DNA of 64,000 bases. Source: an uncultured Actinomycetes bacterium. Lineage in GTDB: Bacteria; Actinomycetota; Thermoleophilia; Gaiellales; Gaiellaceae. Made by a program: the position numbers and the translations under genes. The notes below the pieces were generated by a model. That model was not told the origin of the DNA and did not search any database. It was given only the letters and a program-made list of their open reading frames with translations. How positions within the stretch are numbered: the stretch's first letter is position 1; each line of letters opens with the position of its first letter. The DNA is taken from the NCBI GenBank assembly GCA_963746155.1, contig CAVVAB010000012.1, forward strand, positions 364,450 through 428,449, written 5' to 3'. Positions 1 to 9,960 of the stretch are shown here, piece by piece.

Positions 1-60
1 CGTCGCTCGGTCGACGGGCTCCACGAGGGCCAACTCTAGACCGCGCCGACCGTTTCTCAC

Positions 61-90
61 TTGACGTGCGTCTGGGTCTAGAAGTAATCT
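61..90 (+). promoter_or_regulatory. candidate sigma70-type promoter for the sulfate-transport operon (TTGACG, 18-nt spacer, TAATCT)
   Basis: TTGACG at 61-66 and TAATCT (TAnnnT) at 85-90. It lies in a locally AT-richer stretch about 40 nt upstream of the AAGGAG Shine-Dalgarno and the ATG at 132. Pattern match only. Confidence 0.3.
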
Positions 91-131
91 CCATGACTTC
101 AGTGGACAAGCTTGAAAAATAAGGAGTCGGA

Positions 132-1113
132 ATGAGAGTCATATGGATAGCTTTGGTCGGGGTCGCTCTCCTGGCCGGCTCGGCAAGCGGGGCGTCGAAG
201 GGTAGTTCGATCGACCTCGTCGCGTACTCGACCCCCAAGGACGCCTACGGCAAGATCATCTCGGCCTTCCAGAAGACGGCAGCCGGGAACGGGGTCAGCT
301 TCAACCAGTCCTACGGGGCGTCCGCCGACCAGGCGCGGGCGATCATTGCGGGCCAGCCGGCTGACATCGCCGCGCTCTCGCTCGATCCCGATATCAACCT
401 GCTCGTCCAGAAGAACCTCGTTCCCAAGAAGTGGAACGGCAACAAGTACCAAGGGCATCGTCTCGGACTCGGTCGTCGTCTTCGTGGTCCGTGACGGGAA
501 TCCGAAGAAGATCAGGGGCTGGGGGGACCTCGTCAAATCCGGCGTCCAGGTGATCACCCCGAACCCGTTCACCTCCGGCGGCGCCCGCTGGAACGTGATG
601 GCCGCGTACGGGGCTCTGCGCCGCTCGGGCAAGTCCGACAAGCAGGCGATCAAGTACCTCTACAAGCTCTTCAAGCACGTTCCCGTCCAGCCCGCAAGCG
701 CGCGCGAGGCGACCTCGGTGTTCGCTCAGGGCAAGGGCGACGTGCTGCTGACCTATGAGAACGAGGCGGTCTACGCCGAGAAGAAGGGCGTCCACACGGA
801 GTACCACACCCCGAAGGCGACGCTCCTGATCGAGACGCCGGCAGCGCTCACCAAGTCGGGCCTCTCCAAGCCTGCCGCGCAGGCGTTCTACAAGTACCTC
901 TGGTCGACGACCGCACAAAAGGCATTTGCCGCCCAGGGCTACAGGCCGGTCGTGAAGACCGTCGCCAAGGGCTTCAAGTTCTACAAGCCGCCGGGGCTCT
1001 TCACGATCAATTCGAAGCGCTTCGGGTTGAACGGTTGGGCGAAGGTGAACCGCCGCTTCTTCGACCCGAACAAGGGAATCATGGCCAAGATCGAAAGGTC
1101 GATTGGCCAGTAG
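132..1113 (+). pseudogene. sbp: periplasmic sulfate/thiosulfate-binding protein (Sbp/CysP/SubI family), frame broken near 455
   Basis: Signal peptide MRVIWIALVGVALLAGSASG. ORF 132-494 continues in the frame of ORF 346-1113 (..NKYQG | IVSDSVVVFVVRDGNPKKI..TPNPFTSGGARWN..LTYENEA). The junction caaGGGcat looks like one extra g. Lies upstream of cysTWA. Confidence 0.85.
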
Positions 1114-1159
1114 CGCAGCCGTAGCGAGCAGCCCACCGCCGCGGTCCTCGACCGCGGCG

Positions 1160-1937
1160 GTGGCTCGCTTGCGCGAGGAGTCGCGCTCGGCTACCTCAGC
1201 ATCGTCGTCCTCCTGCCGCTCGCTGCGCTCTTGTGGGCCGCGCGCGCCGGCGGGCTCGGCGAGTTCTGGGATCAGGTGACGCGGCCGGAGGCGGTCGCCG
1301 CGCTCAAGCTCTCACTCGGCATCGGCGCCGCCTGCGCCCTAATCAATGCGGTCACTGGGACAGCGATGGCCTGGGTGCTGGTCCGCGACCGTTTCCGCGG
1401 GAAGAGCCTCGTCGACGCCGTCCTCGATCTCCCCTTCGCCCTGCCCACGATCGTCGCGGGCCTGACGCTCCTTGCGCTCTACGGGCCGAGCAGCCCGTTC
1501 GGCGATCGACATCGCCTTCACGAGGACGGCGATCCTGGCCGCGTGCCTGTTCGTGACCCTGCCGTTCGTCGTCCGCGCGGTCCAGCCGGTGCTGCTCGAG
1601 CTCGACACGGAAATGGAGGAGGCGGCCGCCTCGCTCGGCGCGGGCTCGTTCGCGGTCTTCCGGCGGATCATCTTCCCGAACCTGTTCCCGGCGATCCTCT
1701 CCGGCGTCGCGCTCTCGTTCGCCCGCGCCGTGGGGGAGTTCGGCGCGGTCGTCCTGATCTCCGGGAACCTGCCGTTCAAGACCGAGGTCTCGGCCGTCTA
1801 CATCTTCGGCCAGCTCCAGTCGGGCAACGGCACCGGTGCGGCGGCCGTCTCGGTGCTGCTCCTGCTGATCTCGCTCGGCGTCCTGCTCGCGAATCGGCGC
1901 GCTTCGCCGCTGGAAGACGGGGCACGACTATGTCTAG
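1160..1937 (+). pseudogene. cysT: sulfate ABC transporter permease CysT, several frame breaks (about 1500 and 1892; start region also unclear)
   Basis: ..ALGYLSIVVLLPLAALLWAA..GEFWDQVTRPEAVAALKLSLG.. (frame of ORF 1231) continues as ..[35 protein letters not shown] (frame of ORF 1472). It ends [14 protein letters not shown]-stop in the third frame (TAG 1935-1937). No in-frame start codon precedes the first TM segment. GTG at 1160 is my best guess for the start. Confidence 0.7.
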
Positions 1938-2723
1938 GTACGCTCCTGCGGCTCGGCGTGCTCGGCTACCTCGTCGTGCTCCTGTTGTGCCGTGTCGGGC
2001 TGATCTTCTACCGGGCGTTCGAGCACGGAATCGGCCACGCCTGGGACGCGGTCACGACTCCACAGGCGCTGCATGCGCTGGAGCTGACGCTCTTGATCGC
2101 GGCCATCGCGGTGCCGGCCAACACCGTCTTCGGGATCATCCTCGCGCTGATGCTCGTCCGCACGCGCCTGCCCGGGCCGCGGGCTCCTGAACGCGATCGT
2201 CGACCTCCCGTTCGCGCTCTCGCCTGTCGTCGTCGGGCTCGCGCTGTTCCTGCTCTACGGCCGAGGAGGCTGGCTTGGGGGGCTCGCCGACCACGGCATC
2301 CGCGTCCTCTTCTCCGTCCCCGGGATGGTGCTCGCGACGATGTTCATCACGCTGCCGTTCGTCGTCCGCGAGGTCGTTCCCGTGTTGCGCGAGATCGGCA
2401 CCGAGCAGGAGCAGGCCGCGGAGACACTCGGCGCCTCGCCGTTCCAGGTCTTCCGCCGGATCACGCTGCCGGCGATCCGCTGGGCCGTCGCGTACGGCGT
2501 CGTGCTCACGACCGCGCGCGCGATCGGCGAGTTCGGCGCGGTCGCGGTCGTGTCCGGGAGGATCGTCGGCAAGACGGAGACGCTCCCGCTCTACATCCAG
2601 GGGCAGTACGACAACTTCGACACGGCCGGCGCCTACGCCTCGTCGGTCGTGCTCGCGTTGATCGCGATCGGTACGGTAGTCGCGCTCCGCGCTGTCCACC
2701 CGAGAGAGGAGGAGTCCGGCTGA
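1930..2723 (+). pseudogene. cysW: sulfate ABC transporter permease CysW, frame breaks near 1945 and 2175
   Basis: ATG 1930 (MSRY) overlaps the cysT stop. Continues [24 protein letters not shown], then [41 protein letters not shown].. in the frame of ORF 2325-2723. The stop TGA overlaps the cysA ATG. Confidence 0.8.
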
Positions 2724-3706
2724 TGAGCGGCATCACCGTGATCGAGGTCACGAAGCGGTTCAACGGCTTCACGGCGCTTCAGGACGTCTCGGTCACGATC
2801 CCGGAGGGGTCGCTCACGGCGCTGCTCGGCCCGAGCGGGAGCGGCAAGTCGACGCTGCTACGCGTGATCGCGGGGCTCGAGCAGCCGGAGTCGGGCCAGG
2901 TGCTGATCGGGGCGGACGACGTGACCGACCGGCCGGCGCGCGCGCGCGGCGTAGGGATGGTCTTCCAGCACTACGCCGCCTTCAAGCACATGACGGTCCG
3001 GGACAACGTCGCGTTCGGCCTGACGATTCGCAAGCGGCCGCGCGCCGAGATCGACAAGCGCGTCCACGAGCTGCTGGAGCTCGTCCAGCTCGAAGGGCTC
3101 GCCAAGCGCTACCCGGCTCAGCTCTCGGGCGGCCAGCGCCAGCGCATGGCCCTGGCGCGCGCTCTGGCGGTCGAGCCGAGCGTCCTGCTTCTCGACGAGC
3201 CGTTCGGCGCGCTCGACGCGCGCGTACGCAAGGAGCTGCGCAGCTGGCTGCGGCGCCTGCACGACGAGGTGCACGTGACGACGATCATCGTCACGCACGA
3301 CCAGGAGGAGGCGATGGAGGTCGCCGGCCAGGTCGTCGTGCTCAACGAGGGCCGCATCGAGCAGATCGGCTCGCCGCGCGAACTGTACGACTCCCCCGCG
3401 AACGAGTTCGTGATGAGCTTCGTCGGGCCTGTGAACCGGCTCGGCGAGACGTTCGTGCGCCCGCACGACGTGGACGTTCGCCTCGAGCCGGAGGAGGGCG
3501 CGTTCGAGGCGATGGTCGAGCGCGTCGTCCACCTTGGCTTCGAGGTCAGGATCGAGCTCGTGCGCGACGACGGCCAGCACCTGCAGGCCCAGCTCACCCA
3601 GGAGGAGGCCGAGCAGCTCGAGCTCGAGCGCGGCCAGATCGTCTACGTGCGGCCGAGCCGCGAGACGGTGTTCAGCCGCTCAGGCGGATCGCCACGTTCA
3701 GCATGA
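2723..3706 (+). CDS. cysA: sulfate/thiosulfate import ATP-binding protein CysA
   Basis: Walker [10 protein letters not shown], signature LSGGQRQR, Walker B LLLDEP. C-terminal regulatory domain present. The start overlaps the cysW stop (TGATG). Confidence 0.95.
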   Translation: MSGITVIEVTKRFNGFTALQDVSVTIPEGSLTALLGPSGSGKSTLLRVIAGLEQPESGQVLIGADDVTDRPARARGVGMVFQHYAAFKHMTVRDNVAFGLTIRKRPRAEIDKRVHELLELVQLEGLAKRYPAQLSGGQRQRMALARALAVEPSVLLLDEPFGALDARVRKELRSWLRRLHDEVHVTTIIVTHDQEEAMEVAGQVVVLNEGRIEQIGSPRELYDSPANEFVMSFVGPVNRLGETFVRPHDVDVRLEPEEGAFEAMVERVVHLGFEVRIELVRDDGQHLQAQLTQEEAEQLELERGQIVYVRPSRETVFSRSGGSPRSA

Positions 3707-4473
3707 ACAGGTAGGTCTTGCGGACCGTGCCGTCGCCGACTCGCGCGCGGATCCGCTCGTAGAGCTCCTGCCGCTGGGCCTCCGGGATCGTCCGGTGCCC
3801 CGAGTACGTGTCGAGCAGCGCGACGTACTCGTCAGCGGTGTAGACCGAGGTCGCGGAGATACGTCTCGGTCGAGACGTGGCGGAAGTAGCCGCTCGCGTC
3901 GATCTCCTCGCCCAGGCCCTCGACCTCGTCCGGGTGTGGCGGAGGCTTGTTGTCCGGGCTCGGGACGACGGCGTCGTAGTCCTCCTGGACCTCGGCCCAG
4001 AACGGATCGCCGTCCTCGGGCATGACGTGCCTGCTGCCGGCCACGCCGAGCGCCCCGCCTTCGCGCAGGAGCTGCGCGGACTTCGAGTACTTGACCTCGG
4101 GGTCGATCCAGTGGAACGAGGTGAAGGCGACGACCGCGTCGAAGCGCGCGCTCGTCTCCCAGGTCTCGAACGGCTCGTTGACGATCTCGACGTTCGGGAA
4201 GGGGGCCAGGTTCCTCCGCGCGAGCGCGGCAAGGTCCTCGCCCATCTCGACGCCGACGATCTCGAAGCCGCGCTCGGCCAGCGACCTGGTTGCCTTGCCG
4301 GTGCCGGGGCCGAGCTCGAGGATCCGCCCGCCTTCGGGGATCCCGCCGAGCGAGGCGAGGTCGTCGAACAGCTCGGGCGGGTACGTCGGCCGCGCGCGGT
4401 CGTAGAGGTCGGGCACCTCCTCGAACATCTGCCGCAGGCGGAGGCGCTCCGCGGTGCTTCGGGCGCGCGGCAT
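3672..4473 (-). pseudogene. class I SAM-dependent methyltransferase, frame break near 3849
   Basis: Motif I ILELGPGTGKAT. ORF 3832-4473 (..GYFRHVSTETYLRDL) continues as VYTADEYVALLDTYSGHRTIPEAQRQELYERI.. in the frame of ORF 3672. The junction ctcGGtc looks like a duplicated g. Confidence 0.75.
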
Positions 4474-4932
4474 CTAGTGCGGTAGCCAGGCTTCGGGATC
4501 TGCCGCGATGCGCGCGACGTCGTCGGGCAGCCGTCCCGCGGCGACGTCGGCGAGCGTGACCGTCTCGAGCACGGCGCGCAGGTTCGCGCGAACCGCGATC
4601 CAGACCTCACGCAGATGCTCGGCGGCGCCGTCGTACTCGACCTGCTCGGGCCGGCTCCCGCGGACATTTGCGATCGGGCCCTCGACAGCCCGGATCACGT
4701 CCGCGAGCGAGATCTCCTCGGGCGGCTGGGCGAGCCAGTAGCCGCCATCCGCGCCGCGCTGGCTCTGGACGAGGCCCGAGTGCTTCAGCTCGAGCAGGAT
4801 GTTCTCGAGGAACTTGAGCGGGATCTGCTGCGACTGCGCGATCCGCTCGCCCTTGACGGGCCCTTCGCCTGCCGCTGCCGCGAGCTCCGCGCCCGCGCGC
4901 ACGGCGTAGTCGACCTTCGCCGAGACTCGCAT
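4474..4932 (-). CDS. Rrf2 family transcriptional regulator
   Basis: MRVSAKVDYAVRAGAELA...IPLKFLENILLELKHSGLVQSQRGADGGYWLA is a typical Rrf2 winged-HTH sequence, 152 aa. The stop abuts the methyltransferase ATG with no spacer. Confidence 0.85.
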   Translation of the reverse strand: MRVSAKVDYAVRAGAELAAAAGEGPVKGERIAQSQQIPLKFLENILLELKHSGLVQSQRGADGGYWLAQPPEEISLADVIRAVEGPIANVRGSRPEQVEYDGAAEHLREVWIAVRANLRAVLETVTLADVAAGRLPDDVARIAADPEAWLPH

Positions 4933-4955
4933 GCAGGCAAACCCTAGCCCGGGGG

Positions 4956-6364
4956 CTAGCGATTGCCCGAGATGCGCCGCCGCCGCCGCTCGGCCGGCGT
5001 CGGCGCGGGCTCGCCCGCCGCGACATCCTGCGGCTGCGGGTGCGACGCGGTTCTTGCCCGCCCGCTTCGCCTCGTAGAGCGTCTCGTCGGCAGCGGCCAC
5101 GAGCTGCTCGGCGCTGGGCAGCTCGCCCTTGACCGCGGCGCCGAAGCTCGCGGTGACGGTGACGTGACTCCCGTCGGGAAGCTTGATCTGTTCCTTCTCC
5201 AGCGCGACGCGCAGCCGCTCGGCGAGCTGGGCCGCGCCCTCGAGGTCGGTCTCGGGGACGATCACGGCGAACTCCTCGCCGCCGTAGCGCGCCGCGAGGT
5301 CGACCTGGCGCACGTTCTCCGAGAGCACGCGCCCGACGACGCGCAGCACCTCGTCGCCGCCCCGATGGCCGTGGGTGTCGTTGATCGCCTTGAAGTCGTC
5401 GATGTCGGCGAGGATCAGCGCAAGCGGGTCGCCGACGCGCTCCGCGCGGCGCCACTCGAGCGCCAGCTCCTCGTCGAACGTCCAGCGGTTGCCGAGCCCG
5501 GTGAGCGAGTCCGTCGCCGCCTGGGAGGCGATGCGCCGGAAGTCGCCGAGCGTGCGCACGATCGGCCTGCCGAAGAGCAGCCCGACGAGCAAGAGCAGCG
5601 CGAAGCTGCCCAGCGCAGCGATGAGGACGCGGTGCTGGTACGGCTCGGCGGCCGTCACGATCTCGGCCGTCGGCCTCAGCACCGAGGAGCCGTGCCCCGG
5701 AGCTGTTCGGGATCGGAGCGAACTGGCCACGGTAGCTCGTGCCGTCGATCCGGATCGTCTTGCCATCGATGGACACGCGCTTACCCGAGCCGAGGACGGC
5801 GCCGCTCTTCACGAACACCAGCTCGTCGCCGCCCGCGTGAGACGAGGCCTTGTGGAGGTGTCCCAGGAGTGCGCGGTCGAGCGGGACTGTTGCCACGACC
5901 CCGCCGACCTGCGCCCCGTCGAGCGCGAGCGACACGGAGCGCGTCACTGCGAACTTCGGCACCGGGCCGGCCACGTGCTTTCCGTGGAGGTAGAAGGCGA
6001 CGCGCGGGTAGTCGCGTGCGACGCTGCGGATTGCCGGCCGGTCGTTCGTCAGGAAGGCGCGCTGGAGCGACGGCCGCCGGGAGATGTCCTCGGCCAGCGA
6101 AGACGCGTTGTCTGCGCGCACTCGCAGCTCGTTGGTCGCGCTCTGGATCTGAAGCTGGAGCGCAGCGTCCGCGTGCGCGCGCTCGTTGCGGAGCGCGTTC
6201 GCGTCGAGGATCCGCACCGTCGCGACCACCGGAATCCCCGCGACGAGGAGCAACGCGGCCAGGAGCTGGAGCGCCTCGCGGCGCGTCAGCGAAGGCTTCT
6301 GGGCGCGCCGGCGCTGGGGGTCATGCCGCTTGGCAGGAGAGGCCGCTCGAGCCGCAGAGCTCAT
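4956..6364 (-). pseudogene. membrane-anchored sensor diguanylate cyclase (GGDEF), frame breaks near 5700 and probably near 5040
   Basis: The N-terminal TM and extracytoplasmic domain are in ORF 4607-6364. The second TM and the GGDEF domain (LTGLGNRW..DIDDFKAINDTHGH..RYGGEEFAVIV) are in ORF 4474-5766. That frame reads without a stop into rrf2. The third frame gives a plausible end ..RRRRRISGNR-TAG at 4956, consistent with a further +1 shift. Confidence 0.7.
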
Positions 6365-6422
6365 GGGGTGGTTATCGGCGGCGGCCGCGCCGAGCTTGAT
6401 CCCGTCCCGGCGGAAGCGCGGG

Positions 6423-8107
6423 CTAGCTGCCAGCGCCGTAGTGCGCCGTGATGCGCGCCTGGCTCAGGGCCGACGAGTAGAGCGCGACCTCGTCGACGTC
6501 GTTCTTCCCGTAGTCGTAGCCGCGCCCGATCCGCAGGGAGCGCGTGCTGCTGCTGCGTCGAGAAGGTGACGTTGGTCGTCGTCTTCAGGGCGCCGTCGAC
6601 GTACCAGCGAACCTTGGAGCCGTCGTAGGTGACGACGAAGTACCGGAAGCTCGAGGTCAGGGCGCCGCTGTTCGACGAGATCGAATGGCCGCTGCGATCG
6701 AGCTTCAGCGTTCCGCTCGACGTGGCGTAGATGTTGTAGCTGCTCGATCCGCCCCAGTACGAGGAGCCCTTGTAGAGGATCCCTGGGCCGGCTGTTGACG
6801 AACGAGCGCTGCTTGGCCCAGAACTCGATGCTGAACGGGCCGTTGAGCCGGAGCGCCGCGTCGTCGGACACCCGGACGCAGTCGTTGACGCCGTCGAAGC
6901 GGGCGCTCGTGTCGAGGTCGCCGACGAGGGCGCCGGGGATTCCGAGCGCCACCCCGTTGAGGTAGGTGCCGGTGCGCCCGTGGCCGCTCGAGTCGACGGC
7001 GAGCGTCCCGCTCGTCTCGCCCAGGCGCCAGAACGCGATCGGGTTGTCGGAGAGCACGAGGCTCGCGTAGCTGCCGGCGGGAGGCGGCGGCGGGGGAGGT
7101 GGCGGGGGCGGAGGCGTGCAGTCGACGGTCGAGGACGCAGAGGCCGAGCCGGAGCCGCCGTCGGTGCTCGAGAACGACGCCGTGTTGCTGTAGCTCCCAC
7201 AGGCCGGGTCGTCGGTGTCACTCACGACGTGGACGGTCGTGCTCGTTCCCGGCGCGAGGGTGGTCGTGCTGTAGACGAGGGTCTGTACGGGCACGCTGCC
7301 GCTGACCGACCAGCCCGCGTCGCTGTCGTCGACCTCGACCGACCAGTTGATCCCGGTGCCGCTGGGGAGCGCGTCGGTGATCGACAGGCCGTTCGCCGTG
7401 CTGCCGCCCGAGTTGCTCAGCGTGAGCGTGAACCCGAGCTGGGAGCCCGAGGGGACGCTGGCGCTATCCGCCTGGTTGCTGATCTGGACGGCCGCGGGCG
7501 CAGGCGGTGGTGCGGGAGGAGGCGGGGGCGGAGGTGGCGGAGGCGGGGGCGGAGGTGGAGGTGGTGGAGGAGGTGGAGGTGGAGGTGGTGGAGGTGGCGG
7601 AGGCGGAGGAGGAGGAGGCGGAGGAGGAGGCGTCGCGGGCGAGCTGGGCGGCGGCGGGGGAGGAGGCGTCGAGTTCGTCGGGGGAGCGATGGCCGGGGTC
7701 AGCGGGCTCTCCGGAAGGACCGGGTTCGAGCCGTGCCGGTGAGTCGTGTGGCTGCGGGTCTTTCGCGGCGTGAACAGGCCGCGCCGGTGATGGGCCTTCG
7801 CAGCCCGGTGCATGGCGACCGACCGCACGACCGCGGGCGAGAAGCTCGCGAGCGAGACGGTGGTCTGTGCGTCGGAGCCCTTGGCGCCACCGTTCGGCGA
7901 GCCGAAGCCGCCGACGAAGACGCTCCGGTCGCGCCTGTTGCTCGCCGTCGCCGAGGTGACGTCGGTCAGGATCGGAAGCCCGAGCGTCACCCAGAGGACC
8001 GACACCAGCGGCAGCGCAAGCAGCATCGGAAGCGCGCGGGAGCGTGAACGCCGCAGAGCGCGCGCTGAGGGAAGCCGTCGTGGTAGCTCGACGTAGGTTT
8101 GCCGCAT
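6423..8107 (-). pseudogene. secreted multidomain protein: Pro-rich region, DUF11-like repeat domain, polyPro linker, LamG/concanavalin-like domain. Frame breaks near 6790 and 6545.
   Basis: N-terminal TM/signal MLLALPLVSVLWVTLGLPIL, then a 39-Pro run. Next a domain LGFTLTLSNSGGSTANGLSITDALP..NTASFSS, a 12-Pro run, then LVLSDNPIAFWRLGETSG..ARFDGVNDCV.. (LamG-like). The frame changes to ..ILYKGSSYWGG..RYFVVTYDGSKVRWYVDG.., then to LRIGRGYDYGKNDVDEVALYSSALSQARITAHYGAGS-stop (TAG at 6423). Confidence 0.65.
7514..7630 (-). repeat. (CCN)39 low-complexity tract encoding 39 consecutive prolines
   Basis: Counted codon by codon in the frame of ORF 6464-8107. The plus strand reads (GGN)n. Confidence 0.95.
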
Positions 8108-8216
8108 GGTCTTCGTCCGCAGTGCCCTTTGAGGGCCGAATCGCTCTCACCATCGGCCGGGCGGCATCTGCGCGCTTCCCCCAAACGAGTATCCGCGCGG
8201 CTATAGGCTCAGCCCC

Positions 8217-9793
8217 GTGGCGACGACTGACGACCAGCTCCGAGACGACCGCGGGGAAGATCGAGCAGCTGCGGGAGCTGCGCGAGGAGGCGCGCCACGC
8301 CGGTAGCGAGAAGGCGGTCGCGCGGCAGCGCGAGCAGGGGAAGCTCCTCGCTCGCGAACGGGCCGAGAAGCTGCTCGACCCGGGCTCGTTCGTCGAGCTC
8401 GACCGCTACGTCGCGGCATCGCGAGGTCGAGTTCGGCATGCGCGACCGGCGGCCGTACGGCGATGCGGTCGTCACCGGCTACGGGACGATCATCGGGCGC
8501 AAGGTCTGCGTCTTCTCGCAGGACTTCACGGTCTTCGGCGGGAGCCTCTCGGAGGTCTTCGCGGAGAAGGTCTGCAAGGTCATGGACATGGCCGCCCGGT
8601 TCGGCTGCCCCGTGGTCGGGATCAACGACTCGGGCGGCGCTCGGATCCAGGAGGGCGTCGTCTCACTCGCCGGCTACGCGGAGATCTTCTGGCGGAACGT
8701 CCAGTGCTCGGGCGTGATCCCGCAGGTGAGCCTCGTCATGGGCCCCTGCGCCGGCGGCGCCGTCTACTCGCCGGCCATGACCGACTTCGTGCTGATGGTC
8801 GAGGGCAGCTCGTACATGTTCATCACCGGCCCCGACGTGGTGAAGACGGTGACCGGGGAGGAGGTGACGTTCGAGGAGCTCGGCGGCGCGGCCACGCACG
8901 CGGCCAAGTCGGGCGTCGCGCATCTGATCTCGCCGAGCGAGGAGGCATGCCTCGAGGATGCGCGCTACCTGCTCTCGTTCCTGCCGCAGAACAACGTCGA
9001 CCCGCCGCCCTACGCGGAGCCGTCGGATCCGGCGGGCCGCGAGGACGCGGAGCTCGACACGCTGATTCCCGACGACCCGGCGAAGCCGTACGACATGAAG
9101 GAGGTCGTCCGGCACGTCGTCGACGACGGCGAGTTCCTCGAGGTGCACGAGCGGTGGGCCGAGAACCTGGTCTGCGGGTTCGCGCGGCTCAACGGCTATC
9201 CGGTCGGCGTCGTCGGGAACCAGCCGCGTTCGCTGGCGGGCGTGCTGGACATCGACTCGTCCGCGAAGGGCGCGCGCTTCGTGCGCACCTGCGACGCGTT
9301 CAACATCCCGCTAGTCACGTTCGTCGACGTCCCGGGCTTCCTGCCGGGCACGGCACAGGAATGGGGCGGGATCATCCGGCACGGGGCCAAGCTGCTCTAC
9401 GCGTACGCCGAGGCGACGGTGCCGAAGCTCGCCGTGATCACGCGCAAGGCCTACGGCGGCGCCTACGACGTCATGAGCTCGAAGCACATCCGCGCCGACT
9501 TCAACTTCGCCTGGCCGACCGCCGAGGTCGCGGTCATGGGCCCCGAGGGGGCGGTCAACATCGTCTTCCGCCACGAGCTGGAGGACGCGGCCGACCCCGA
9601 GGCCAGGCGCGCCGAGCTGATCGCGCACTACCGCGAGCGCTTCGCCAACCCGTACGTGGCTGCGGAGCGCGGCTACGTGGACGACGTGATCGAGCCGCGC
9701 CGAACCCGGCCCGTGCTCGCGAACGCGCTCGAGACCGCGCTGACGAAACGCGAGCGTCGCCCGCCGCGGAAGCACGGCAACATCCCGCTCTAG
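8217..9793 (+). pseudogene. pccB: acyl-CoA (propionyl/methylmalonyl-type) carboxylase carboxyltransferase beta subunit, frame breaks near 8241 and 8415
   Basis: GTG 8217 gives VATTDDQL, then [57 protein letters not shown]. The frame then changes to [47 protein letters not shown].. (ORF 8438-9793). Confidence 0.85.
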
Positions 9794-9924
9794 ACCCGCT
9801 CGCCCCGTTCCCGAGCTTCCCCCTGTTTAAGGCGCACCCAGCCTCCTCCCCGAGGCGAGCGTATCGTCGAAAGGCGCCCGCGTATGTGACGCGAGTGCGC
9901 CGAACGTGTCACATCGAGGTGTTC

Positions 9925-9958
9925 GCGGGGCGGGCGCCGCCGCAGCAGCCCGCCCCGC
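9925..9958. terminator. GC-rich hairpin between convergent pccB and the GGDEF/HD-GYP gene (possible bidirectional terminator)
   Basis: GCGGGGCGGGC, a 12-nt loop, then GCCCGCCCCGC: an 11-bp perfect stem. No U-tract. Confidence 0.4.
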
Positions 9959-9960
9959 GC

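Noticed and set aside
1-60. Possible 3' end of an upstream gene (reading ..RRSVDGLHEGQL-stop at 37-39)
   Set aside because: Only 12 codons are visible, which is not enough to support any call.
99-653. A 184-aa minus-strand ORF overlapping the sulfate-binding protein gene
   Set aside because: It is antisense to a gene with a strong family signature and signal peptide, and its own translation has no recognisable features.
4474-5766. An apparent GGDEF-Rrf2 fusion protein (430-aa ORF)
   Set aside because: The Rrf2 part has its own ATG and a normal 152-aa length. The linker (..AAGCRGGRARADAGRAAAAAHLGQSLAPGLGFAC) is non-native-looking. A plausible cyclase C-terminus ending in TAG at 4956 appears in the next frame, in the direction expected for one more inserted base.
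7490-7660. A CRISPR-like or satellite repeat array
   Set aside because: The 3-nt periodic (GGN)n tract has no repeat-spacer organisation and lies inside a coding frame. No CRISPR array was seen anywhere in the window.
7347-7742. Poly-glycine ORFs (131 aa here; 123 aa at 62712-63083)
   Set aside because: They are the reverse-strand reading of the (CCN)n poly-Pro tracts. The Pro-reading frames connect recognisable secreted-protein domains on both sides, and the Gly-reading frames connect nothing.
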